Made by a program: the position numbers and the translations under genes. From the NCBI GenBank assembly GCA_951406725.2, contig OX597814.1, positions 162,688,001-162,752,000 of the forward strand: 64,000 nt of DNA, given 5' to 3'. This DNA comes from Octopus vulgaris (taxonomy: Eukaryota). The notes under the pieces were generated by a model. It worked only from the letters and a program-made list of their open reading frames with translations. It did not search any database and was not told the DNA's origin. Position 1 is the stretch's first letter. Every line of letters starts with the position of its first letter. Of this stretch, positions 12,342-25,830 are shown piece after piece.

Positions 12342-15300
12342 GTTACACAGTATTGGTGGTTTCTCCCTTTCCTATAAAAGTTCTTTTATGCAGTTCGTGT
12401 TTGTTCCTACTCCATATCGAGATCTAGATGATTATTTCAGTAAACAAGTGAACAATTTTCTACTTTGCACTCCACTCCCAAATCGAAATCTACCATTTCA
12501 AGCTTTAGTCTCAAATTCTTTGTCACAGATGGTAATTGACAGGATCATAACTCAACTTTTTTGTTTCAGCATTTGAGAATTTTATACTTCACGTAGCGAG
12601 AATATTCTACTTTGATCCCAGAGTAATAATAAAAAAAGAAAGAAAAGGACAAATAGGCATGTCAAATCGATTACAACACAGTTTCTTCTCATCAATAACT
12701 CCAATACCCGGCCAATGTTCAATAATTCTTTCGACTTGTAAAAATAAGTCTCACAGCCACTTGGGTTTCAGTATTTTCGAAGACTTTCATTTCTCTTCCA
12801 ATAAAATGGGCGTAGCTCTCTATTGTGCATGTATATCCAAACCTCTTGCAAAAATTCCAGTGATTTATTCTAGTCATCTTATACCTATGCTTTTTGTACT
12901 CATTTTGATGTGATTGTGGACGTCCCGATACATTTGAACAATAGTCTCATCTCCATCATCGCATATTTAGGTGAGCAGTCCTGTAGAGTTATTCTCTTGA
13001 TAGAATTCACTCTTAGGACATGTTCCCGTACCACAAAAATCATTCATTTTCTGTGGAACCAAAGCTAGTTGTCCTTGTCGTCCCTTATTATATTTGACCT
13101 TTCGGGGTCGAAAAATTAAGTACCAGTTGCATACCGAGGTCAATCTAATCAACTGACCTCCTCCCACAAAATTTCGGGCCTTGTGCCTAGAGTAGAAAAG
13201 AATACTGTGTATTCTTGTACACATTTGATTTGTTTATGTGGACTATGTATTGTGCAGATTCAAATTCTGTACAGCTGGAGGCGTTCTGAAAGAATAATGG
13301 AAGATATTCCGATTAAAATCCTAAGGAATAACCAGGACACAAGAATTGTTCTTTGTAGGAGGACAATATTAAACAATGTTATTCAATGCCAGTTTGGTGT
13401 TAATCTTTTAGTTTTATATAATTCACTCATGGACTATGTGAAGGCCTGTTGGTTAGAGTGTTCACAAAGGTTCTAAAGTGATTTAATTTCTTTGGCGGCA
13501 CATTGTGTTCTGAAGCAAGGAACTTCATTTCACGTTGTTTCAGTCTGCTTAGTTGAAAAGAAGTACCAGCGGTAGCTGAGGAGGGAGGAGTCAATCATGC
13601 GATGGGACAGCGTCCCGTTCAGAAGGGAATCTCGTCCTCTCATTTGTTAAAATGCCTGTAGATTCAAGACAGACTTTACTCGGGAACAATATATCCGTTG
13701 GATGTTAAAGTTCAAAGTGGAGTCCAGTGAGCCAATGGAGATTCATTACATAGTTTAAGGTAAAGGCAAGAAGAGCTGTTTGTGTACTCAACATTTTGTA
13801 GCTTATAATTCGTCTGTTGCGATGATTCTGATCGTTGCTTCCGAAACTTTGTTCTATGTATTAATTAGCAGAGTGCAGAAAGCTCGCATCCAAATTGTAG
13901 GCCTGAGGAGATGTACAACAAGGTCTGTATTGTAATGGCTGTAAATCTGTGAATTTCGATGGACTGTGAATCTTATAGAGAACTGTCATGGCTGAAATCT
14001 GTCGTCTGCGATGTAATCTGTTGATGATGACTGTTTCGGCAATTGTTCCATCAGCTTCGATTATCTCGAGAGATTTCTGTTGGATTGTTTTGAATTACTT
14101 GAATATGCTATGTAAAGTGTCCAGAATAGACAGGTGTACTCCATGATAAATCAGATTTGTGTCTTGTACTGGATAGCTCTTCCTTCCGAATACAGCTTGA
14201 TAGTGATTTTTCACAGTGCCGTAAGCCTCTGTACTTGTTATGTATGGTGGAAATATGTTCTATATAAGCTTGTTGTAATAGTTACACCTATAATCTTTAA
14301 TCTACTTTTTTTCTCGGTGTCTTACAATTCCCAAACCATAATTTAACGTTTGATGGACCTTTTTTATTGGTAATATTATTTCTTTTTACTGTGATAGTTC
14401 AAATACCTCCTTTCAATCAAGTGCTGGGGTTTACATTCTAACAATTCTCCGATCAAGCTAGACTGGTCTGATTGAACAGGTTGCTCTCTTGGTCATCTAA
14501 GCAACCTGTCCCTGAGACCAGTGAGATCAACAAAGTTAATTCTACAGATGCAAGTTGATCCAGGACAGAATACAGGCAGGGAGGGAATTCTTAAAGTGTG
14601 ACATTCAAGGTAAAAAGGACTAAAAGAAATGAACAGTAGAGGACTTGAAGTGTGTGGACAAAAGAGAAGTAACTAGAAACATACCAGCTCCGAGGAGCTG
14701 AAAACGTTGTAGAAAAGGCAGATTGAAGGAACAGCATTTCTGTTAGAGTATATTTAGATTCATTTAAATATATGTCAAAACTGAAAAAATCCGATGGTGT
14801 TGTTCCTTAATCACGAGTCAGCCCTGATCGGGCAGACTTGTGATCACATATGTTCTTTCCACAACCATTCCGTATTTGTATATATAAAGGATGATTTTGC
14901 CCAATGCATTACCTATAAGACGGTACGCTATGTAGCTTGAGAGAAATTTTAGCTGTTATTTCTAACAAATTGAGAGAACGCTTAGAAAATTCATCGCTAT
15001 TGTTCTTGCTAATGTTGTTGGTTGATTAAAGGCACCCCAACCATGGCTACCCTAATTTTAAGTGGAAGAATCTGCATTTCCTTCTCTATTCACTGTGTAC
15101 TCTCCCTCTCCCCCCCTCTCTCTCTCTCTCTCTCTCTGAGAGATAGAAAGCGAAAGTGAGAGAATAATGTATAGAATAAGGAAGCGTTAGGTCGCAACAG
15201 GGCTGATGCCACGTTTACGCCAGTCTATCAGTGATGTCCCTTTCACTTACTCATAACTGTTTAGTGAATACAGCCGAGAGGATAGCTTATAATAAAACTG

Positions 15301-18189
15301 TATCAATAGTTTATCTGGTGATGATTCAATATTCTGCTACTACTAAAATATTATTCTAACAACTACAACATTTCCTGATTGACGGTTATGGATACAAAGT
15401 TTAAGTGTATAAAATATATTTGTTAACACAGTTTTTGTCTTTTCTGGTGTCTCCATATTATAGCGCCGCAATACAGACGCCTTGTTAGCCTAATTACGCA
15501 ACACCGACCATGGGTCAAAAGACAGTAGATGTTGGACAGCGGTCATACCTATCAAAGAAGGGAGATAAGTACTATGTTCTTTTACTTTTTTTAATGGTTT
15601 ACATAGAAAAGGAAGTGCAAAACTCATGATACTTTTTCAGTCCATTCTCGTGACTGATGCGTGTGATTCTGAATATGAAACTTGTTCTGGATATTTGCAA
15701 CTGTATTCTCCTAAAGATACTCAAGGACCAGGATGCAGGGTTATAATAGGCATCGGTTCATGTCTACACTCAAGTGCAAAAGCGGCTCCACCAACAAGTT
15801 TCCTTACACTACGTAACTGCCAAATTGTACTCATAAGAATTTGGTCGCGCTGTGGGGTGAAACCCGAAACCACGAAATTTCAAAGTATACTTGTTTACTC
15901 AATGCGATTGCCGAGTGGTTAGTATATTGGACTATAAAACACAGGAAACGATGTCGATTCAAGTAGGAAAAAAAAAATCAATGATCAGTAAAGTTTAAAA
16001 AACTGACGAAACGAAAAAAAGTTCCTGCTCTTCTTTTGGCTATCGTTGTTGATCGAACAGATCTACAATCAAGGTTGTTCCAGCTATGACAATCCTTTCT
16101 TTTTTTCCAGGCATATTGGTTCTACATATTCAAAAACGTTTTTAAGACGGTGAAATGTGCGTGTGAGAGTGAGTGTTGGTTTAAAGGAGGAAGGGAAATA
16201 TCGAGGATATTTTTATGGGGCTTCCGAGGTAGGGAGAAATTAATAAGGAACCACACCTCATCAGCTATCTACAGACCGTAGACCTGATCCGAATGCATAC
16301 AACAGTGTGGACTTCCCCACAGGCGCCCCGTGGCCGGAGGGTGGTGTTAAACCGAATGGGCATTCGCATGAATGTATGGTTAAGTGACTCGCTCACAATA
16401 ACGTGATTCAAGGGTTGACATCACTGCGCGGCTGGCACCTCGAGCGAAGAATCTTCTTCCATAATCTGCTTGATTACTAACTTGTGAGTGGAATTTGGTA
16501 GACGGAAACTGTAACGTACGTATAATTCATAATTTTTACTGAGTTACACAGTTCAATACTAGAATTTTAAATAAAGAACCTCCCTGGTTAGTTCGTAAAA
16601 GAATCTATATAGACTTTAGTGAATAGTCATGAAGGGCAAGTTTAGGCAAAATGACAGCTTGAGAGAGAAATGAAAGAAAGAAAAAATTAATTAAAAGAGG
16701 CGCATTTTTTACTCAGCAGAAATGGTATTAACTTGGATAAAATTTTCTGATGGCAGCTGTAGTGGTAGAGGCAGAGAAACAGTTGTAACTGTAGTAGTTA
16801 CTGATAAACAAACTGCGAAGTATTTACTACTACTACTACTACTAGTAGTAGTAGTAGTAGTAGTAGTAGTAGGTGGGAGTTGTTTCAGTATATTTTCCTT
16901 TCTTTCATCTATCATTTTTCTTTTGACAACAAACGTTGGTATTTGTGCTGTCCACATAGCCATGGCTTAGCCCTGAGGGAGCAACATCAAGTTTTTCAGA
17001 CATATGTAATATTAGTATCTCGCATTGCATTATCAAATACGTAGAATGTATCTTGAACGAGATTTGGTTACTATTTCTAGCTATTCACGTGATCACGTAA
17101 AAATTCTCTGCATTAATTCCGTACTTTGTTACTATTATTAATTTTTTTTCTTTTTTGCTGTTGGTGAATGGAAATGAAGTTCCAGAGAAATATAGTATTG
17201 ACAAGGAAATAAGTCATAAAACACACACACACACACACTAGTTATATATCATTTAAATAATATGAACATATAGTGAAAATATTTAAATGAATAACACTTA
17301 AAGCTGCTTTATATAACTGACAAAACATTACTTGTACACAATGACAACAATTTATATAACGGCATTATACATATGTGAAAAAAATCACTTTATATTAATA
17401 TATCTTAAAACAATGTAACATAAAAATATTATTAATTTAGTTATTTACTGAAGTTTTTCCGTGACATTTTTTGTTTTCTTGGATTCATTATTATTATAAT
17501 TATAATTATTATTATTATTCGAATATACAACCACAGCAGTATTTTGTCTTGCCTGTCACCGTTTCCAACAGAAACTCCGGTACTGTAGTAACCACCCAAA
17601 CAGTCGAATCCATTCATCAGCCTACCAGACGAACCAACCGACCGACCGACCAGCCAACCGACCAACCAACCAGTTAATCAGAAACATTTACACCCCAACC
17701 GTCATACCATCACAAACAGCAGCGATAGCAGCAGCAGCAGCAGCAGCCGTAGCACCAGCAGTAAAGCAAGCTAGTAGCCATTTTAGAGTGTGTGGCCTGG
17801 TTGCTACGCAGATCAAATTCCTAGTACGCTTGGCGACTCAGTGCATGCTGTAATAAATAGCGTAAAATAACACAGCGTACCTGTTAACCCCTTTCTTAAC
17901 GGCTACCCTTTTCTTCACTATTCTCTCCCCTCTCTTTTCTTGTCTATTCTCCATATCTCTCGTGTTATTTCAATATTTCTTTCACCTATCTTTGACCGCC
18001 ATATTTTTTTTATAAGTTCCCCACTTTGATTCAAACGGATCTAGAAGATTGAAATTATAAAATAACAATATAGAACTATTTTACATTTGTTAATAAATCA
18101 TTGATAACTCATCATAATACCAATATATAACTATCAATATTCATTTGTCTGCCTGTATGCCTCATGCAACAAAAGCAATAATAATCTTT

Positions 18190-18378
18190 TCTACTGGAGG
18201 CACAAGGCCTCGAATTTGTGGGAAGGGAACTAGTTGATTACATCGACCTCAATGTTTCACTAGTACTTAATTTATCGGCCCCGAAAGGATGAAAGGAAAA
18301 GTCGATGTCGGCGGAAATTGAAATCAGAACGTAAAGACGGACGAAATACCAATAAGCATTTCGTCCAGCTCACCACCT
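18190..18378 (-). mobile_element. Family A SINE
   Basis: Reverse complement of the family A core and tail. Confidence 0.8.
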
Positions 18379-18394
18379 TAACAACAACAACGAA

Positions 18395-18787
18395 TGCCCT
18401 GATGCAGTACCACACAGTGGCTCTCATGGCTTCTGATCTTAACTGACTGGAAGTTTTATCATGCACATTGTTTTATCTTGGTATAAAAGACGGGCTACAG
18501 CAAACATTCTGCTCAATATCACAGATTTCCTTGTCAGTTGTTTGACCATAAACAGTTGAGCACGTCCTTTAGTGGTTGATGATATGTGCATCTCTGATCA
18601 CGAGCAGAGGCAGTGGGGGAGCATCATAGCCATGTGTTGAGAGGAATTATTTGGAGTTTGGATAATTCACCTCTGGAAACATGGGTGCTTTGTTCAACAT
18701 CCTTAAACAACCCTTATTCAAAGACCTTTTGAGTGAGATGGGCTACTCAACTTGAAGAAAATTTTAACTGGATCCCACCTGCAAGGT
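18395..18787 (+). mobile_element. Dispersed ~390-bp repeat (family B), orientation arbitrary
   Basis: Near-identical to 54610-54932 (+) and 37280-37506 (-). Each copy abuts an (AAC/AAT)n run. Confidence 0.85.
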
Positions 18788-18792
18788 CAGTT

Positions 18793-18870
<78 letters not shown>

Positions 18871-18875
18871 TTATA

Positions 18876-19107
18876 CTAGCAAACGCACCCGTCCTTTGGA
18901 CGGTTTAAGCAACTTTGGACGCTTTAATGCTCGTGCATTTTAGAAATGCTCCTAAACACATTGAACTTTCTCCATATATAACTCCATAGTGACGACAGAA
19001 GGGCAATGGTCTGTTATATTGATGGCCTCTGTCTGCATACGTTCAGTAAGCTCTATTGCCATGAGAACGAATCTAAGCACTGCAAAATCTTTCTGTACAT
19101 TTATAGA
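18876..19107 (-). mobile_element. Short non-autonomous Helitron
   Basis: The minus strand begins TC (TCTATAAATG) and ends with hairpin CCGTCC-AAA-GGACGG then CTAG. Inserted between A and T in TA-rich repeats. Confidence 0.8.
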
Positions 19108-19109
19108 TG

Positions 19110-19153
<44 letters not shown>

Positions 19154-19162
19154 TTATTTATA

Positions 19163-20510
19163 CTAGCTTTCGTGGCATTTTTTTTCACCCAATAATTGAA
19201 CTACCGAGAAGGTTTATGTGTCGCATGGCAATCTGTTTCCGATTAACCTAGGAAAAGAAAACCAAATTGAAGGGTGGTTATTGTGGAGGTCGTTGCACTT
19301 CTAATAATTATAGAACATATAAGTTTGCAAACCATGTAAAGTAGAGCTACTGAAGTGTTTTGGGAGTAGATTACAGATAATGACTACAAAATATAGTTGT
19401 TTTACATGAAAGCGAAATTTCTTGCCAGAAACAGACACATAAATGGTGTAAGGAAATTGAAGGAAGATGTTGAAACTTCCCCCTTGCGAGTTTATTTTTT
19501 TCAACAGCAAAGGGAGCTATTTTTTCGGACTGAAAAGCTAACAAAAGCCCCTTTATTCTATCTTCCCTTTATCGTATCTTTAACCATCGCGGGTCTCATC
19601 CTCACCACGCATTTAGTATCCCTGCCAATTTTCAGCTCGATCCTAGCCTCGGTTTGGCCGCCATTAACCATCAAGGCAAAATGTGCATACAATTTTCGTC
19701 CAAGGTTTTATATATATATATATATATATACACATACGTGGGCTCAGGACGTCACGAAACGTGTACAGCAAAACATACGAAGTACGAGTACATGGACTAT
19801 GAACTATTTTTACGAACAACGAAAGACACAAATGGAAAACAAGACAAACATAAAGAACGACGGTCATAGAGTGACCACTGGTTTGAAGAGGTATATGCTC
19901 TTTGCCATTAGGATCTAAGTACTTTATAGATGCGAAACCATCGGTCACTCAGTGACCGGATATATACTTAACTGTGTATAAATACTTCACTGCTCTATGC
20001 TGGCGATACACACACATATGTGGCTATCTCTAGGGTGCAAGACTTCAACAATATTTTGGTATAATAGCGTAGCGAACAAAATGCGCTGTAAATTCATCGC
20101 GTTTGATTTAGTAAAATCTTAATCGTCATTTACAACTCCCATTTCAAAAGATTTTTAAAGTCTCATAAAAATCTACAGTTGAGGTTAACGAAATTAGTGT
20201 TCAAATACATGACAGGAATTTCTTTCTATTCTTTGATGATTAATTCTAGAAGAAAAAGGAAAAGCAATGTGCAATTTAATGTGATAATTTATAGTTATGA
20301 AGTTTGTGGCTCGTGCATTTTAGAAATGCTCCAAAACAAATTGAACTTTCTCGATATATAACTCTATAGTGACGACAGAAGGGCAATGCTCTGTTATATT
20401 GATGGCCTCTATCTGGACACGTTCAGTAAACACTATTGCCATGAGAACGAATCTAAGCACTGCAAAATCTTTAAATATTATGGCCCTACAACTTCCTGTA
20501 CATTTATAGA
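19163..20510 (-). mobile_element. Longer related non-autonomous Helitron, interrupted by a hairpin cassette
   Basis: 20309-20510 repeats 18929-19107 with the same TC 5' end. CTAG at 19163-19166. The 3' hairpin is not evident. Confidence 0.6.
19861..19958 (+). other. Hairpin within a (TA)n-flanked cassette (~19730-19960)
   Basis: CGGTCAT-A-GAGTGACC-AC-TGGTTT pairs with AAACCA-TC-GGTCACTC-A-GTGACCG. Confidence 0.7.
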
Positions 20511-20559
20511 AGTTTTAACTACCATTCTAATAATAAGAAAATCTTATATAATAAAAAAT

Positions 20560-21780
20560 GATAAATATAAACCAGCAACATAAGCAGTAGTGTGTCTGAT
20601 GTATATCCCAGATCAAAAGAAATAATACTTAATCACGCTGCATGTTACTACAACGGTGCCTTAAAAGGCGAGTTTAAAGAAAAATCGCAATATATACAAA
20701 AAATTAACTACAGATCAACAAATCGTCTGGTTCAATTCACTTTTTAGTATGAACGAGGTTTCCAACAAAACTAGAAAGTTCTTGACATTAATTGAAGAAT
20801 ATTTCTATCAACCACAAATACCACGACCAAACGAGGTAGATAGCATTTTATCACTTGACTTACAAGAAATAGCAACTAAATTCCCATCAAATTACATCCA
20901 ACTTTCTTATAGAAGGATTAACATGATGTAGTCCTAGACATACTATGTCTGAAAAGAGATGGCATGGTCATGTCTGGAATGCCTTTTTATAATAATTTGC
21001 CCTTGGTGAAACAACGAGAACAATAGCAAGCTGTTTAACGGCAAGGGAATAAATGTTAATTATAATTGTCGGTTATGACGACGAGTGTTCCAATTGATCC
21101 GATCAACGGAACAGTCTGCTCGTGAAATTAACGAGATCCAGTGTGACGCACCGAATGTGGCCCACTGAAGTACATGTGCAACTCATTTTTGCCTGCTGGG
21201 TGGACTAGAGCAACGTGAAATAAAGAGTCTTGCTCTAGGATACAACGCGCTGTCGGAAATCAAGTTCATGGCCTTATGATCATAAGCCGAGCACCATAGC
21301 CATTAAGCCACGCGCCGTCACAGCTGTAATTGTACCGATAACATCACTATCATAGTTGGAGGTAAAAGGAACAACCAAACACGTAATTATGAGCTAAACC
21401 ATCCACCTGAATGCAAGTGAAATCATGCCATATTCCGTCCACTTAATAGCAAGTGTATAGCACAATACCATGACTAGGTGATACTGAGAAACTTATTTTA
21501 TCAGGTTCACGTAGAGCGCATCTAAGAGGGGATACACTTATCACGTATATTCCTTCAGATTCAGAAACAAAAAAAATTCCTCCTTACTATCGTAATATCT
21601 CTCGAACTACTAGGATAAAGTAATAAAGTATACCGAAATATTCAAGTCTGCAATAGAAGCCGATTGCTAAACACTGTCTATAAAAATGAAAAACTTGTGC
21701 AGTTTTTGGCGAATGATCAACAAAAGAGATAGTGTCGAAATGCAAGCACGAAAATACGCACGTTTTAAAGAACTTTTTAA
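20560..21780 (+). pseudogene. Penelope-like element remnant (RT-linker and GIY-YIG endonuclease)
   Basis: IVWFNSLFSMNEVSNKTRKFLTLIEEYF..IQLSY resembles the PLE IWFNPPFS..N...FL.LI..HF..SY linker. Downstream YFIRFT..SKRGYTYH..SF and the terminal SKCKH.N resemble the GIY-YIG/CRH motifs. Interrupted by SINEs. Confidence 0.65.
21075..21320 (-). mobile_element. SINE related to family C
   Basis: Shares TTGATCCGATCAACGGAACAG..TGCTCGTGAAATTAACG with the copies at 22172-22545 and 58636-58997. Confidence 0.7.
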
Positions 21781-21954
21781 CTACAAGCAGAACTTTTAAC
21801 TAGATGTCTAGTCTTGGGTCATTGATATTTAGCAGTTTCAAAAGAACCCTAGCATCAAGTTACTATCGACCCAAATATCAATGTGACAAAATCCATTTAG
21901 TCGTCGGCAGCAGCAGAAGGTTAGAATAGCAATTTATACTAGAATTAACACGGA

Positions 21955-22160
21955 CATATGGCGTAGTGGTTAAGAGCGCTGGCTACTAACCCCAAGATTC
22001 CGAGTTCGATTCCAGGCAGTAACCTGAATAATAACAACAACAACAACATCGAAAAATACCTTAGGAATGAGAACCCAAGTTCGAAATTTCTCCAAGACAC
22101 CTGATGAAGGCTGGAGGGTATATCAGCCGAAATAATGTACTAATTCCTCATCTCTTAACT
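21955..22160 (+). mobile_element. tRNA-headed SINE carrying a hammerhead-like motif
   Basis: A box TGGCGTAGTGG, B box GAGTTCGATTCC. CTGATGA-A-GGCTG..CAGCC-GAAA at 22101-22132. Confidence 0.75.
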
Positions 22161-22171
22161 ACAGAACAGCA

Positions 22172-22545
22172 GGAGGCGCAGTGGTTAGGGCAGCGGACTC
22201 GCGGTCGTAGGATCGCGGTTTCGATTCCCAGACCGAGCGTTGTGAGTGTTTATTGAGCGAAAACACCTAAAGCTCCACGAGGCTCCGGCAGGGATGGTGG
22301 GGATCCCCGCTGTACTCTTTCACCACAACTTTCTCTCACTCTTACTTCCTGTTTCTGTTGTACCTGTATTTCAAAGGGCCGGCCTTGTCACTCTCTGTGT
22401 CACGCTGAATATCCCCGAGAACTACGTTAAGGGTACATGTGTCTGTGGAGTGTTCAGCCACTTACACGTTAATTTCACGAGCAGGCTGTTCCGTTGATCG
22501 GATCAACCGGAACCCTCGACGTCGTAACCGACGGAGTGCTTCCAA
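22172..22545 (+). mobile_element. tRNA-derived SINE family C with 11-bp TSD
   Basis: GGTTTCGATTCCC B box. ACAGAACAGCA duplicated at 22161-22171 and 22546-22556. Confidence 0.9.
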
Positions 22546-23694
22546 ACAGAACAGCAATTTAATAGCAATTCATTAGGCTAAATGATTGGAATACAGAGAA
22601 CATTAGAGGGAATATTATTATTTGTCACCTTGAAGCATGAATATTAATAAGAAAGTTGGACTAGCAACAGCATGAAGACATCTTCAAATACTACACCTTA
22701 GTGTAACATGTATCTCTATAAGGCTATTATCTAATCATGCATTGAATAATGCTGTCGTCTTCGCGCTGGTACCTCTTCTGAGTATTTTAACGTGCTTGAT
22801 CGAATACGGAAGCAAGTTGTTAACATGATGAGTCCCCTTCTTTCTACAAGGTTGGAGTCTTTAGTTTATCGTTGAAATGTATCTTCGTTGTGTCTTTTCT
22901 GTTTTTCTATAGTCATGGCTCTGATGGATTTCTAGTCAAGTATCCACTGTTAAAGACTTTGAATGTGTCAACCGCTTCTTTTTCCGGGCGCATTATTTTT
23001 CTTTTATTCTAATAGCGTCTTTCCTCGGACTACTGCCCTTTGGAACGCATTAACGTTGTCTTGTTATTTTCTGGACTATGATGGCCAGTCCTTCAAAATT
23101 TCTGTTGTTTGTTATCTTTAGAATTTGCAGGGCCCCTTCTTTTATGCTACTGTAGCATCAAGTTTTGTTTGGGACATAACGTATGAAAACAAAATATATA
23201 CATGTATAAATACATGAATAACTGCACACGTACATACACAATGCAAGCAAATATGTTTATTGTCTGTTAAACTCGAAACAGCATCTGACGTGCAGCGATG
23301 TTATCCTACGGTAAAAGGAGTTTTATGTGCACTATGCAAATTGACAACATTTAAACGGTGAAAAACATCTCATGTTAACTTCCAAAGATTCTGATGTATA
23401 ATTTATTTCCTATAATCTGAAGAATCCTTTTTCACTTCTCCCATACCTCCTTCAGGCAGCAATGTATATACACACATGCATGTACACATACATGTATGCA
23501 TTCATGCATACATATATATATATATGTGTGTGTGTGCATACATACATATATACATGACTACATGCATATACATACATATACGTACACATATACACATACA
23601 TATATACATATACACATACATGTATACATACATATACATTCATGCATAAATACATATATACATATATGTATACATACATATTTTTTAAAATTTA

Positions 23695-24923
23695 GTTTTA
23701 GCTCACGAGCTGTGGCCATGCTGGGCCACCGCCATTCGGTGTTGCTACATGATTTTACTTCACGAATACTTTTTAGCAATTGCCATTTGGTGCATGAGAG
23801 AGTTCGATGCAGCTGCCCTCATCTGCACCTCCTGCCGTGAAGTTGGTTCATCTGGGACACCTGAAAGGAAGAGATCCAGTTTTATTTTAAAGACATCTGC
23901 ATCCACCCCATGCAGGTCTCTCAGGTCCTTCGGGAGGATATTGAAGAGCTGTGGACCTCTGAAGCCCAGGCTATCACAGTATCTTGTCCTACAACTTGAT
24001 GGCAAATTTGGAGTCCTTGGCACTATGCGCCCAATTCTAGTATTTGTGTAACTCTCAATGCCAAAGTTTGAGACAAGTCCTTCCAGGATCTTCCAGATGT
24101 ATGTTATGGCATATCTTTCTCGCCTATGCTCTAAGGAATAGAGTCTTAATCTCTTGAGTCTTTCCCAATAGCTTATATACTGCACAGAGGCTATCTTCTT
24201 CGTGTAGCTTCGTTGGATCGCCTCAAGTTCTGTGATCAACTTGACACTGGATGGTGACCATAGCTGAGAGCAATAGTCAAAGTGGCTTAGGACAAGTGTC
24301 CTCCAGAGGACCATCATGGTTTCCTGGTCTCTTGTTCTAAAGGCTCTAAGAATCTATCCGGTCAGCCGCCTACATTTCATTGCCAATTTAGCAACATGCA
24401 CATGAAAGGTTGCATCGTTACTCATGTAGATACCCAGATCTCGCACTGATTGTGCCTCTGGGATTGCAATCCCTCCAAGTCCAGTGTATTTATTGGATAT
24501 TGCATTTAGTTTTGCATGCTGATAGCATAAAGCTTGACACTTTTCAGCATTGAACTGCATGCTATGCTTTTCAGCCCACTTCTATATTTTGTCCAGCTCA
24601 CATTGCAGGTGCACAGCGTCTTCAGGGTTCTGTATTACCTGTGAAACTTTTGTATCATCTGCATAACTTGTGATCGTAGCTCTCTACGTGGCTGAGGGCA
24701 TGTCTGAGAGGGCTATTATGAACAGTAGTGGTCCCAAAACAGTGCCCTGCGGAACACCGCTCACTATTTGCGTGTTAATAGAGGTGGCCCATTGGCTACT
24801 ACCACGTGATTTCTATCCTTCAGATGGTCATGAAGCCATTCTCCCAATTTTCCAACTATGCCAAGATCACGCAGTTTGTGACATATCATTCCATGATCGA
24901 CATTATCAAAGGCTTTTGCAAAG

Positions 24924-24927
<4 letters not shown>
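23695..24927 (-). mobile_element. 5'-truncated CR1-type LINE
   Basis: ORFs 23760-24317 and 24354-24560 are homologous to the 27258-29864 copy (GVPQG, YADD and C-terminal LYSLE.RRERY regions). Confidence 0.95.
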
Positions 24928-24978
<51 letters not shown>

Positions 24979-25220
24979 AGATATATATATAATAGAAATA
25001 TTAAAATAACTAAGTCTCTCTAAAAGAGAACAGCGGCAGCGTTCCCGGAAAATAATAGTTATCGCCATACTAATATGGCATTCTTATAAAAATAAGAAAA
25101 AAGCTGTCCGCTTATTAGCTCCATGAGGCCATCGCCTTAAGTTAGCTATTTGATACACAAACTGTATCCATATAACCTTCGAACAAGGGAGGTCAGTCGC
25201 TCCACACTACTTGACCGGCA

Positions 25221-25262
25221 GCTACAGACGCGTTTCGGGGTATTGCCCCTTTTCAATGCAGC
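25221..25262 (-). ncRNA. Type I minimal hammerhead ribozyme (U3-A8 variant)
   Basis: Exact reverse complement of 25789-25830. Confidence 0.8.
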
Positions 25263-25788
25263 GTAGCCAGCCAGTAGGTGTCGCTTCCGACAATCTCTGT
25301 TCGATGGTTTTATTTACCTAGTTTCGGTGGAATACATCCACTTGTTTTCAATAATAGAAATATTAAAATAACTAAGTCTCTCTAAAAGAGAACAGCGGCA
25401 GCGTTCCCGGAAAATAATAGTTATCGCCATACTAATATGGCATTCTTATAAAAATAAGAAAAAAGCTTATTAGCTATTTGATACACAAACTGTATCCATA
25501 TAACCTTCGAAGGTTATATGGATACAGTTTGTGTATCAAATAGCTAACTTAAGGCGATGGCCTCATGGAGCTAATAAGCGGACAGCTTTTTTCTTATTTT
25601 TATAAGAATGCCATATTAGTATGGCGATAACTATTATTTTCCGGGAACGCTGCCGCTGTTCTCTTTTAGAGAGACTTAGTTATTTTAATATTTCTATTAT
25701 TGAAAACAAGTGGATGTATTCCACCGAAACTAGGTAAATAAAACCATCGAACAGAGATTGTCGGAAGCGACACCTACTGGCTGGCTAC

Positions 25789-25830
25789 GCTGCATTGAAA
25801 AGGGGCAATACCCCGAAACGCGTCTGTAGC
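25789..25830 (+). ncRNA. Type I minimal hammerhead ribozyme (U3-A8 variant)
   Basis: Stem I GCUGCA/UGUAGC, core UUGAAAA, stem II GGGG-CAAUA-CCCC, GAAAC, palindromic ACGCGU stem III. GUC cleavage triplet ends at 25824. Confidence 0.8.

Noticed and set aside
16290-16370. HDV-like ribozyme (ends CGAATGGGC)
   Set aside because: I could not assign consistent P1/P2/P3 pairings.
19397-19918. 173-aa ORF
   Set aside because: It runs across a Helitron body, a TA microsatellite and an inserted cassette, with no recognisable domain.
21955-22020. tRNA gene
   Set aside because: A and B boxes are present but there is no complete cloverleaf or acceptor stem, and the sequence continues into a SINE body. 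The same holds for the other SINE heads.
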